DNA of 63,937 nt, counting the filler, from Hausera hauseri (lineage: Eukaryota), in the NCBI GenBank assembly GCA_046269625.1. It is 10 parts of 10 records of this genome, joined end to end, with 100 filler letters (N's around TTAATTAATTAA, not from the genome) between each part and the next. Parts side by side here need not be neighbours in the genome. Positions count along the whole stretch, not along the records: positions 40,172 to 44,997 come from JBJURY010423031.1; positions 45,098 to 55,541 come from JBJURY010186637.1; 8 more parts are not named here. The stretch is one strand, 5' to 3'. Both the position numbers and the translations under genes were made by a program. The first letter of the stretch is position 1, and every line of letters starts with the position of its first letter. Shown piece by piece: positions 40,172 to 52,936 of this stretch. Under the pieces are notes generated by a model. That model had not been told where the DNA came from. It did not search any database and saw nothing but the letters and a program-made list of their open reading frames with translations.

Positions 40172-43100
40172 AAGGCATAGTTAAGACTGTATGTATTCTC
40201 GTTTAATATCACATTGCACGGATTGGTGGCATTTGCATTCATTAAATGATTTTTTGCATTTTCAAACCAATTCTTGCTTCTTTGAGGGTTTGAATTGACA
40301 TGGTATCTATAGAAGGGAAAGTCAACAAAGTATATATGTTACTTAACCATATCATAACCGTTATCAACCTATCTGCGGTAACCGGTATGATTTTATTTAT
40401 ATTTATCCATAATTGTAGGGTAACTATGACATATCCAGTTATCCTTAGTTTCCGGATTACTTGTATCGTAATCCGGTTACACCATCGTCAGCTTGGAGTT
40501 GATGCCTCCAAGGTATTTTGTATCCGTCGCAAGTCAATCCTTATCCATTGGTGTCTGCGACGGTTTCGAGTATGTTGAATTATTCTTATTAATATTATTA
40601 CTATAATGATTACTGTGAGAGGAACTATTACACCAATAATTATCAATTCTATTCTCGAATAAGTGTAATTGGCACGTATCGGTTTTATAGTGGTTTTGTA
40701 GAAATAACTTGTCTTTTCGTGCAACGGTCTTATTACCATATTAATTTTGGTTTGTGCTGTTAATATTTTATTGATCACTACTTTATTATTACTGCCAATT
40801 AACTGTAGAAAAACTGTATATGTCATGTTTGGTATAAGAGCCGCGCAGGGTGCTATCAAATCGTCTGGAGTTATTGTACCCTTAGCCACTACTTTATTTC
40901 GCATTTTGCACGTAAATCTTACCATTATAAAGTCAAGGTCCGGCCTCACAGAAATTATTAAAGAAGTCGGGGCTGTAATTATTGCAACATTTTCCCAAAT
41001 GGAACATCTCTGGCGTATATAAGAGGTGTAAGGTTTAATTAATATGGTCATTTTCTTTTCATTATTTTTACCTTATTTGTTGGTAGGAACTGCACCACCG
41101 GCGCCGCGAAGTTCTGTCTCTTTTCATCACGTTTTATAAGGTTCTTATATCGTATGTACATAGTTGGACCACTTATTTTTAATTTATTCTTTAGCCATCC
41201 ATTCTCTTTTTGGATTAATGCATATTTTACACTATAAATTTTCCCTCGGCTTACGTTACAACAAGTTTGTCTCTGTTCGTGCGTTATATAGCATTTCGTA
41301 GATACTGGATTTTTACTTCACTCCTCTTTTATATATACTGTTATCCATCTTATATATTCTAATTCTATTGTACTTGTTACATCGATGCAACTTCTACCAT
41401 TTTTAAATCCTACCTATTTAACTATAATCTGGCTAATTATTACTGCATCTAATTGGGTTTCGTTCATATGACGACGATTAGGAATTAATATAGATCTCAT
41501 CCTTCTTGTATATAGACTTCGATAATAATTATCTTAGTTTTTAATTAATGTGTAATGTACTTGATACATGCCTGATTCTTTAATGATATAGTCTGTCTAC
41601 ATTTTCCAATGGCTTAACATGCAGCCATATTTATGTTCTAAGGGGTTTTGATTAGACCGCGACGATATAACTTGGATTCTTATCATATATTGGATAGATA
41701 CGGGTATTGTAGTATGGAATTTCACGCATTTATTACCGGTTCTGTCATATTGTATTTGATATCGAACACTCCTTAATAATATATCCTCAGATATTGCGGT
41801 CGAATGACGTATCTTTGCTTGTATTATATCCCTCTCGGTCAACTGTGTTATGGCACTAGGCAATAAAAGGTATATTAACAATACCACGTACTTACTTAGA
41901 TTGAGTGTCCTGCAAGGTTTGTTCGTTATCGCCCTAACCCAGTCTGATTCATTTATTCAAAGTTTACTTTCCTTAGCTGCTGGTTTGCACCTATTAATAT
42001 GGACCTTTGAAATGATATTATTTTTCTTGAGAAATATATTAGGCAGATCTACTTTTCCTTTGTATGACCTGTCTAATTTCGATGTTTTTCTTTTTTATTT
42101 AATGGTGTGTATAACATCATAGAGTCCACAACTTGAACTTTGGGTTGGTTAGTCTTCTTATAATATTTCTTATAGGTTACTTTATAATCTTTCTGATTTT
42201 CTTTTACTAGGCCATATGCTAGTTGTAATCGCTCCTTCATTACTTGTTTATATTCTTCTATTTCCATTAAATGGGAAATAGGTTTAGTATTAAAATCCAA
42301 ATCAATTGGTAACCTAGCATCTCTTAAGTACATCAAATAAAATGGAGTTTCTTTTGTCGCTTCGTGTACAGAGGTTCGATTTACGAAAACACACGCATTA
42401 ATATATTCGTCCCAGTCATCCTGCCTTGTATTGTCTACGGTATGTAATTTACTTTTCAAATCGCCTATATATCGCTCTACCATTCCATTGTTTTCTGGAT
42501 GTTCCAGTGTTGACCGTAATTTCAATATTCGTAAAATATCGTATATGGCTTGCATCACTTGGCCTGTTAAATTAGATGCCTGACCCGCCAGTAGGATCCT
42601 TGAAGCTCCATAATTAAATACTATATTTTCCACAAACTTTTCTGCAGTAGTATCCGCCTTAATGTCAGGCATAGGTAGGGCCACGACCCACCGTGTAAAA
42701 TAATCTATAAATACTAAGATGTATCTATTACCGTTTCTTGTTAGCGGTAGTGGTCCCGTTATGTCCATAGCTGTAAACTCGAATGGAGCCGGTGGATTAT
42801 CCCATACTATCAAGGGTGCCTTGAACTTCGTTCCAGTATTCTTTCTAGTGGCGCACAATTTTCAACTATCACACCAATCCTGAGCATCCTTTGCCATAGA
42901 GGGCCAGAAATATTTTCTCTTTAGTTTGTTAATAGTTTTTCTTGCTGATTGGTGTCCGCCTAGTAATCCATCATTATATTGAGTCAATAATACCGTTCTA
43001 TTTTTCTGCGGAATTACCAGCGCCGGTCCATTTTGATGGATATAATACAAAAATCCTTCCTTCTTTTCGTAGGCTTCCCCAAATCTAGCCAAGTGTCTAG

Positions 43101-44997
43101 CTAGCTCCCTGTCTTTTGGTACTATTTTGTTCTGCATAAAATTTCTGATTTCTTTTATCTCCGAATCCTCCCGTTGGTTCTCCTTTATTTTTTCTGTTGA
43201 CCCGTCCATACTCCATATGGCCGCTACTACTTCTTTTGTCTTTGCTTCCTGAGGCATTCTTAAAAAGTAGTCTGCATTGGCGTTTTGCGAACCTGGCTTA
43301 TATTTAAATTCCAATGTATACGGTTGCAACTTTAATGCCCACCGTAATAATCTACTGTTAGGATTCTCATGATTTTTCAACCATTGTAACGGTCGATGAT
43401 CGGTATATACCACTAATGGTTTGCTCTCACTTACATACGGTGAGAATACTTCTAGAGCAAAGATCACCGCCAGTAATTCTTTTTCTATTACCGAATATTT
43501 CATTTGATGTTTGTTTAACTTCTTTGACGTGTATGCCACCGGGTGTTCCTTTCTATCCTTATCTTTCTGTGATAGCACTGCCCCCACTCCATAATCGCTT
43601 GCATCGGTTGCCAATATAAAGGATTTAGTCATGTCTGGGTATATGAGGATAGGAGCGTTTAATAGTTTTTCTTGTAAGTTATCAAAAGCCTTTGACACTC
43701 ATTGGTCCATACCACTTTTTCCAAATCCTCCCGTAATAGTTCATACAGTGGTTTTGCTATTTTGTTAAACTCTTTTCTAAATCTGCGATAGTGGTTTACT
43801 AATCCAAGGAACCGTCGTAATTATTTTACTGTAGTTGGTTTTGGGAAATCTTTTATTTTCCCTAATAGTTTATCCTGGGGCTTTACACCGTTTCTATCCA
43901 CTCGATGTTCGAGGAAATTAACCTCGGTTTGAGCGAACATATATTTCTTTAGGTTTATTTTTAAACCCATGATCTTACATCTATCGAAGAGATCCTGTAA
44001 ATCTTTCAGGTGTTGCTGAAAATCCACCTATGCAATTATTACATCATCGATATATACCATGGCATGTGATGCGTCTAAGAGTAGTAGTTCCGTTCCTCGT
44101 TGAAAGTTTGGCGGTCCGCTTTTTAATCCAAATGGCATTCTATTGAATTCCCATAGTCCTTCTCCTATCGAAAACGCTGTTTTAGGTTTATCTTCCTCTT
44201 TCACCTCCACTTGCCAATATCCATTTTGTAGGTCGATAGTGGTGAATATTGTGGCACCGTGTAGTTTATCCAATATTTCATCGATCTTTGGCAATGGATA
44301 GGTGTCGGTTTCTGTTACCTCATTTAATTCCCTATAATCTATACAGAATCTCATCGTACCGTCTTTCTTCTTGACCATCACTACTCTATCAGTCTACGGC
44401 GAGCAACTTGGTCGTATTATTTTATTCTTTCTCATTTCTTTTATGATTTTTCGGGCTTCCTCTTTTTTGTCATATGCTAACTTATAAGGCCGTTTTCAAT
44501 GAGTTTCTCTTGTCCCTCCTTTAGCTTGATAACATATTGAATGACGTTCATTGTTCCTAAGTCATAGTCATTATGGGCAAACCGACCATTATTGTTTTCT
44601 AATAGATGAAGTAGCATTTCTTTTTCTTCTTTTGTCAGTGCCGTGGAATTTTGTAGTTTCTCTTCCCAATTAATCGTAGGTGTCTTTTTCCCCTTCTCTT
44701 GATTAATGTCCAACTTCAGTTTTTTCGACATCATCTTTTCGATCCTATCTATATCTGATATGATTGACTTGATCTCATTCTTGAGTATTTCTTCGATAGC
44801 CGTTACCGACCCAAGCCTGGTATTCTGTTTTAGTCCTTTTTCTTTCGTTCCTGCGTTACAGAGTCTCAGGTGGATTTTTCCATCTTTTACTTTATCCACA
44901 TGTGGTGCCACTAAAATGTGTTTCTCCATTACGTATGGAGATGGTTCAAAATAAACTGATCTTGTTAGTAACTTCCTTTCTATTCTACCCGGCACTA
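40172..44997 (-). mobile_element. Gypsy copy C (RT, RNase H, integrase and homologous membrane-protein extension), degenerate and more divergent
   Basis: RFCIDYRELN, IDLQNGYWQV, MPFGLK, YIDD, ATDASDYGVGAVL, IDYFTRW and VHINRCKP. Then VVLLIYLLLPSA, the FN3-like CAALIPNMTYTV, and TM IELIIIGVIVPLTVIIIVIILIRII followed by basic residues. Confidence 0.9.
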
Positions 44998-45225
44998 NNN
45001 NNNNNNNNNNNNNNNNNNNNNNNNNNNNNNNNNNNNNNNNNTTAATTAATTAANNNNNNNNNNNNNNNNNNNNNNNNNNNNNNNNNNNNNNNNNNNNATA
45101 TACAGTATATATATACATATGTGTGTGTTTATGTATGGATGGCTGTTGTTCAGTTATTTTCTTTAGATCTTTGTTTTGAACTTACTTGTCTTCCTATTGT
45201 TTCCTAGCTGTCAGAAGAGGGAACT

Positions 45226-45530
45226 GCAGATGGAAGAGTGAGGCGCAGAGGTGACAGGGCTTTCTCTGTAGCAGGCCCAAGACTCTGCTCGTCAGACAGG
45301 CCCCCTTCCTCTCGGTTTTTAAATCCCGTTTAAAGACTCACTACTATTCTGTTGCTTTCAACGCCAGTTGATCTGTGTTTGGTCGTAATATTTATTATCT
45401 ACAACTTTTGTATGTCTATTTTTTGTACTTCATTTTGTATGTTGCGTATGTGTTGCCTGTTGTTTGTTTGTTTGTACAGCACTTTGGTTGGCCTTGTCGC
45501 TGTTGTAAGTGCTCTGTAAATAAAATGTAT
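45226..45530 (+). mobile_element. L2 LINE 3' fragment
   Basis: GDRAFSVAGPRL..FKSRLKTH codons and tail GTACAGCACTTTGG..GTGCTCTGTAAATAAA. Confidence 0.6.
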
Positions 45531-46099
45531 GGTATGGCTTTGCGATGGAAACATCTTTAACCAGCTTTCTGTCACTCGTTTGAGACATTCTGTAATTGAT
45601 AGGTTACACACACCATAGATAATATTCATTGATCTTAAACAAATGATTTATGATCCCCTATTGTTCACTGTTATGTTAAGTTCTTTTGAATTTGGTTAAT
45701 GAAACTGAACTTTAAGCAAACCATTAACATATATGTACAATAAATAAATAAAAAATACCTGTCAATAACTTGCTTAACACTTTATAACACCAGTATTATT
45801 AAATTTGCAATCATCTTCTTAGCTGAGGACAGGAACAGTTGATGTCACCAGGAAGTGGATGCAGAGATGCAAACCAAATTCAAAAATACTTTATTAATCC
45901 CAAAGGGAAATTAAGTGTTGTTGTAGCTCATCCTCCGAGTTTCCTTCAAGAGTTGTTATAGATGCTGATAGCTGTGGGCAGGAAGTAGCTCCTCCTTTCT
46001 AGTGAAAATTTAATATAAACAGTTGAATAATGTACAGTATATCCACCATCATATATATTATTTTTTCTTAAAAGAATTTTATCTTACTGAAATTGAACA

Positions 46100-46280
46100 G
46101 GCGAGACAGTAGTTAGAGCTATTGCCTCACAGCTAGAAGGACAGAAGGTTGCAAGTTAGCCTCCCAGCTGGGTCCTTTCTGTGTGGAGCAAGTTCTCACT
46201 ATGCACATGTGGGTTTTCTCTGGGCACTCTGATTGTTGCCCACGTTTAAAAACATGCATGTTAGGCTAATTGATAACTCC
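46100..46280 (+). mobile_element. Degenerate V-SINE
   Basis: TGCCTCACAGCTAGAAGG..GGTCCTTTCTGTGTGGAG..GTGGGTTTTCTCTGGGCACTC..AAAAACATGCATGTTAGG resembles 13284-13450. Confidence 0.6.
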
Positions 46281-49200
46281 AAAAATGATCCCTTTGTATG
46301 TATTAATGAGAATCATGAGTGCACTCTGCCTATCCACCACACTGTTTACATTTGTGGCATGTGGAAAAGCAAAATGGGCTACTGCTCACAGCCAACAAGT
46401 GTCTAATCAACAGCAAGCCCAGCTGGATCTGTGTCACAAATTATTATTAATATATGTACAATAACTTCATTTAATTCACAATTTAGGTTACTATCATACA
46501 ACAATCATGCAACACAGCTAGATGTTAGAAGGAAAATGTATTGGGCCTAACTAATGAGGATCTAAACTAGACTTGAAGTCAGTCAATAATTGATGACTGG
46601 CTTTTAATACTGTAATTTGAAGACTTTTTAGCTGGTTAAACACTTACGACTTCAACTAGTTGATGAATTTGTAATGAACTATTTTAACATGTAAATGGTG
46701 TTTATGTAGGCTCTGCTAGCTGCAGCTAATTGCAGGGATCAGTGTGTAATCTATATCTAAGCTTAGAAAGTACATTTTTAGAATTCAGTCAAAGAGAGCA
46801 GAAAATGAATTGTAACCAGAGAAAACAGCAGCTTGTACTATTTGATCATTTGTACTAAATTGTGCTGACTTGTGAGACACATTTTCCCTTTTCTCTTCTG
46901 CTGCTAACATCCGTAGTGCACAGCTTTCTGGCATTTTTACATTGTTATATACATTCAAATAAGATATTACATACATTTTATTATTATTATTATTGAATTT
47001 CTTAATTGTACATAAATGTTAATGGTTTGCTACAGTTCAGTTTCATTAACGACATATAAAAGAACTCAGCATAACAGTGAACAATAGGGGCTCATAAATC
47101 ATTTATTTAAGATTAATGAATGTTATCTATCACTGTGCGCACCGTCCACAGAGGGTTCAGACTTCATACTCAAGCGTCCAATAATTCTCAGTCAGGTCAT
47201 CTGGACAGTTTCTTTTTTGTTCAAGCGTCCACCAGCGGCTGCTGTCAGCTCCACAGACAAGAAGCATTTACCTTCGGGACAAATTCAGTTCGCCGATTGG
47301 TCATTTGCTGACACGCCTACTGGATTGATTGACAGGTCAGGAAAAAAAAAAAAAAAACGAGAGCTGGCAGCCCCAGCCGCAGCGGTGTTCTGTGTTTATA
47401 TGTTGTTAATAAAAAGTTCTAAAGAAATACAATAATTTAAAAAACAGGGAGTGCTGGTCCTGCAGCCCACACATCAGACCAGCCCACCAGGAAATCTCCA
47501 GACCCTCCCGCAGCCACGCTGGACCTGATTTTAATTCGCTCGTGAAAATATTCCTTCATTTTCACCATTTTTCACGGCGTCAACGGAGGAGGAAGAAGAG
47601 ATCGCTTGGCTCTTGGAAAATCAAAAGAAAAGACCATTAAACCAGATCAAGGATGAAGAAGGGAAATTGAATACATCGGTGTTTAATACAAAACAGCCCG
47701 TCGCCGGACAGTTTATTGTGCGACACCGAATACACGACGGTACGCGCGAACCTCCGCGGACCCACATACACGAGTATGTTTGAAGCTTTATATGTCTTTT
47801 GTATCGACTCTTTGATGTCATCACTGACATCACAGGAAAAGGATGTTTCTAGAATTCTAGACACACACACGCGCACACACAGCCACGCCCCCAACGCAGT
47901 GACGTATGTCCCCCAACGCAGTGACGTATGTTCCAAAGTTTATAAATAACCCTCAAAATTGGCTCCATGTGTTGAGTTGGCGACTGTCGTGTGGACGTTG
48001 CCTATGCAGGTGATTACCTGGGTACACCTATATTCCTGTAAGGAATAAAGGTACACCTCAGGAATAAAGAAGGTACACCTTAAAGGTTTACCTGGGTAAT
48101 TCACCTGCATAGGCGCCGCCCCAGCATGTGTCTGGCCCCTTAGTACATGAGGTGGTAGGAGTGTGCATCTTGAATGCGCCAGGAATAAAGGTGTACTAAG
48201 GGGTACCAGATGCATTGCTGCCTTAGGGACACGAGGAGTTTGCTGGCTGAACATGTTTTTTGAACATGTCATTGTAACTTCAAATTTGACTATTGACTAT
48301 TGATTTGACTATTTAATTCAAAATAATTTTCATGACTGAAATGGTTGTTGCATCTTAGAGGAGGACGATTTCACATAGAACACATCATTACATCATACAC
48401 ACGTATGACATCATCCCTTTTGATCATAGATGATGCCAATCTTTGATGTCTCCAGGAAGATGCAAACTAAAAGCATCCTTGATTTAACAAGAACACTTCC
48501 TGTGATGTCATCACTGACATAATTAAACGCTGCACACCAGAGAAGAGAAACAGAGTGACACAGGAAAATGAATGAAACTTTTTGTGTGACAGTGGCTCAT
48601 TTTATTTTACTTGAAGCCAACTTTCAATAGTGTTTTCTTGTGATGTTATTGTCATTAGTTTAAGAGGTATCTTTATATAAGTGCGAATACTCCTCTTCGT
48701 CAACTCCTATTCATTTTGGTGTACCTCAAGCGGGCCGATTGGGACCCATTTTTTTCTTTTTACTTAGTTTCCTTTGGAATCCATATCCAGAAAGTACAGT
48801 ATAAGATTTCCTGTCACTGCTATGCTGATGATACCAACACATATTTTCCTTTATAATTAATGTCGATGCCCCACTGCAGTGTCTGTTTAATCATCTACAA
48901 AATGTCTAACGCTGGTTAACTTGTATTTGTTTGACTGTGTTGTGCTACACTACAACAAATAGGTGTTGAGGAAGAAATTGAGCTACTTTCAGGCAAGATT
49001 TTCACTGATTTTTTGTCTTTCTCTGCTTCATGGTTTAACAAAAACCCATAGTGCATCTTATGTTTACTTCTAGTAGTTTTGATTGTTATAGTTTGAGTTA
49101 ACATGTAAAGAGAAAAGGATAGAGAAATTACTGAAACTCTTTTGTGAAAGTATATTGTTAAAGACTCTGGAAGCAGCAGTGATGTAGCCATCAAATGTCT

Positions 49201-49506
49201 GGACAGAAATGGACAAAAATTCACCAGATGTTACTGTAAAAAAAAACCACATTTCAGTCAAAACAAATAAATTACTTCTGACAGCGCGTTGCTAAACAGG
49301 ATATGTTAATGCTGCGGCTTCCGGTTTTCAAATTAAACCTAGCTTATGATACAAAATAAAATAGCAAACATTTTGGAATTAAACAAAATCAAAAGATGCT
49401 CGTGTTCGTGGCACATCTGCTTCCATAGACAGGTGAGCCTAGTGGCTCTGCCGCCGCGTCTGCGGATGCAGAGTCCATGGCCCTCTGATATTTTTTGGGC
49501 CCACTA

Positions 49507-49710
49507 GCCTGCCATATTATACTCTGTGTCCGCAGAGCTTTGGGGCTCAGACATGTCTGCACGGCAGGGACGCACGGACTCCTCGCTCCGTCCGATGACA
49601 AGCGCTGTGTCTGGGACGTAGCGAGGAGTCCATGTGTCCCTGCTCCGCAGACGTGTCTGAGCCCCAAGGCTCGCCTGTCCGTGGAGCAGAGACGCACAGT
49701 ATGGCAAGCC
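49507..49710. repeat. ~200-bp imperfect palindrome (hairpin or MITE-like)
   Basis: GAGCTTTGGGGCTCAGACATGTCTGC..GCAGGGACGCACGGACTCCTCGCT pairs with AGCGAGGAGTCCATGTGTCCCTGC..GCAGACGTGTCTGAGCCCCAAGGCTC. Confidence 0.8.
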
Positions 49711-52700
49711 ATTTTAACATAAAATCGGATTCACAGCACTTGCATTCAAGATATCTGTAATTGATTTATGACTATCATAATAGTTATTTAAGATATCTTG
49801 AATTATATTTTGACTAGTCAAAATTCCTATTTGAGATATCTCTAATTACATTCTGACTAGTATAAATGACGTCAGATTTACCATTGAGTTGAATGGAGGC
49901 TTCAATTTAAGATATCTTGAAATGACTTTTGACTAGTCGTAAATACAATTCTAGATATCTCTAAGTTAATTTTGACTAGTCATAATTTGCTTTCAAGATA
50001 TCTCGATCTTAGTTCTGACTAGTCATAATTACAATTAAAGATATCTTAAATTCCTCATTATTTAAGATATCTTAAATGTATTTTTAGATATCACAAATAA
50101 GGTTTTGACTAGTGCAAATTAAATTGCAGATATCTTGAAAGCAAATAACGACTAGGCAAAATTAACTTAGAGATATCTAGAACTGTACTTATGACTAGTC
50201 AAAATTCCTTTTAAGATATCTTTAAATGAATTCAAGATATCTGAAATTGATTTATGACTAGTCATAATAGTTATTTAAGATATCTTGAATTCACATTTTG
50301 ACTAGTCAGAATGACGTTCAAGATATCTAGAATAATTATTTTGACTAGTCAACACGTCACAGATTTACGCAGCATTTTGGCGGAAATATTATTGTCTGCC
50401 ATGTCGGGTCTGTCCAACACAACGCTCGTGTTTTTAACGTGATTTTTAGCGCAGCAGCTCGTGCTCGGCATGAATTAAAAACACGGATGATTTATTGTTT
50501 GCAACAAGAAGACTTTTTACAACCGACGTCTTTTTCACTACAACCGGAAGTAGCGGCTCTTGGAGCTGGAAACAGAAACAGACACTTCCTGTTTAGCGAG
50601 TCTGTGCACGAAGGAGAAATGTCTCTTTTCAACATCTTTGTTTAATTTGTCAGACTCTTCTGTTGCTGGTGAGGAGGAACTCGCAGCGGCGAATTCATGA
50701 ACCAAAAACTTGAAAGGATATTTCTTCCATGAATAAAACATCCACAGCTGTCAAGGTAAGAAAAGATGTAGCTTAGCGAGCTAACCGTTAGCTACAGCTG
50801 CAACATGTGAACAGCGAAATAAAGATTAATTTAATGTGATAAATTATTTGGAATATTTGAGACAGATATGGTATAAAAATTTATGTTATATTTTTATGAG
50901 GTTCCGTTAGTGCCAAAAATATGTTTGTGTCTATAAAGTGTGTGTGTAGCGTGCTGTGTATATGTAAGTGAATCAATCTGTTATACAATCTATTACTTGT
51001 TTAAAGCTAAATATGTTATAACAAGTATTATTTTATTTTATCTATTTATTCATTCATTCTATAATAAAATACAAAACAATTAACATATATGTAATAAGAA
51101 AAAAAAATATATAATAATACATAATTATATACATAATATATTAATACAAGTATAAATGTATATATATGTGCTAAAAACAGTTATGATCTATTTTAGATCT
51201 CACTGGGTGTTGGAAAAGAAAAGGCTGATTTGTTGGATTATTCCTGTAGTTGTGCAGCTGGTAAAGGTTTTTGTAACCACTTTTTTTTTTTTACCAGACT
51301 GCCCACTACTCCCAGCTCCAGCTGCCAACTGGTCCTCCTGCACAGGAGATTTACAAAGATGGCACAGACCAAGAACACAGGTAAATAAATAAAACAAGAG
51401 TGGAACACATTCTTGTCTGTTATATCATTTAGCAAATGATTATTATGATTTTCATAATAACAATAATTGTAATAACTTTCCCACCTGTATATTATTAGTG
51501 CCATGTGAAATTTGTCATAATCTCAACATTACTTGTGTCAAATATATTTTTATCTCCTAACTTGTTTGGAATAGTTTGTTTTTGTAGGTAATGAAAAAAT
51601 GCAGGCTCAACCACTATCATGAGTATTATTTGTAAGTTACGTAAAAATCTTAACCCTCACAAATCTGTCCCACTGTGTCCTACCAAACTGCTCACCTGTC
51701 CCTTTATATTTATTTATTTTTAAGTTTATTTGACATATTTTTATGTTGTAAGGGGATCCATCCTGAACCTGCCAGCGAGGTGGTGGTGTGAAAGCCCAGA
51801 ACTGTGGGGAAAAGATGTCTGCACTCCACCCTTTACAGAGCTTACACAGGTATAACCTTTGAGTTAATGTTTTTATGTCTGTTTCTTTTGTCAAAACTTA
51901 TTGTGATTGTGTCACTCGTGTGTTTGTAGGACCACATGCAGATCCTGACATCCTGGCATCGGGAGAGAAACTACACCGGCTGGAGTCTCAACCACTTATC
52001 GCTCTTGTCCTAGATGGTCTGTCAACTTTGGAGCTGGTACCATCCAGATTTGGGCCTGTGCCACAGGGCTCACTGGTGTCTTACCAGTGCCCACCTGAGA
52101 AGTCCTGCGTAGCATCATTCTGCACCACATGGCTCCAGACTTCCCTGCTCTTCCTTCGATGCTGCATAGTCTTCCCAACACGTGTTTTGTGTCCACACTC
52201 AGACAACTTATGCATCTTCAGTCTCTGCAAGTGTCACATGAAATACAGGCCAGAACCAGGGAGCAGTCCAGATGTTCTGCAGGGGTACAGCTTCGACAAC
52301 CAAGGCTTACTGCCAGCTGTTTCTGTGTTGCTTGCAGAGGAGGAGTCTGCTGCCATAGCATTGGCAGCTCAGATGATCAGGGGGTACACTAAACAATAAC
52401 TCTTGAACGGGTATGGCGTGATGAATTGACTGATGATTGGTTGATCAGATGAAGTCTAAACTGGACATGTTTTACTTCAACACCTTCATCGATGTGTTTA
52501 TATCAGATGTGTTTAGTCCAGAACAGCTAGTGCCTTTGCAGCCACCCAAACTTCTGCAGGCAGCTGTTTGAACAGCTAAGTGGCAGCCGCGGGTCCTCCA
52601 CGTAATTTCCTAATTCAAGATATGTAAAAATGTTATTCTGACTAGTCATAATTACGTTCGAGATATCTTGAATTGTAATTACGGATGTTTGACCGTTCAA

Positions 52701-52936
52701 ATGACGAATCAGGTGACATCATTTCAGATATCTTGAATTACATTTGGACTAGTCAAAATTCATTTTAAGATATCTTGAATTGTTATTCTGACTAGTCATA
52801 ATGTAAATACAGATATCTTAAATTAACATTATGGATAGTCAAAATGTAATTGTTCCTAGTCAAAACTAATTTTTAGATATCTAGAATGTAATTACGGATA
52901 GTCAGGGTACTCAATTTTATGTTAAAAGGGCTTGCC
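49703..52936 (+). mobile_element. Non-autonomous ISL2EU-like (PIF/Harbinger group) TIR transposon retaining SWIM-adjacent and YqaJ-exonuclease remnants
   Basis: TIRs GGCAAGCCATTTTAACATAAAA and TTTTATGTTAAAAGGGCTTGCC (1 mismatch), flanked by AT on both sides. Internal SCTGDLQRWHRPRTQ (~51335-51380) and TREQSRC..LRQPRLTAS (52255-52320). Confidence 0.65.
49745..50352. repeat. Subterminal array of alternating palindromes AGATATCT and GACTAGTC (also at 52612-52905)
   Basis: The two palindromes alternate at ~20-bp intervals inside both ends of the element. Confidence 0.9.

Noticed and set aside
44477-44995. Beta-rich region before RT in copy C as novel cargo
   Set aside because: Similar protease-RT spacer regions are common in Gypsy Pol proteins.
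49745-50352. Short palindromic repeats resembling CRISPR or iterons
   Set aside because: The motifs are 8 bp with ~12-bp spacers and lie inside matching TIRs, so they are transposon subterminal repeats.
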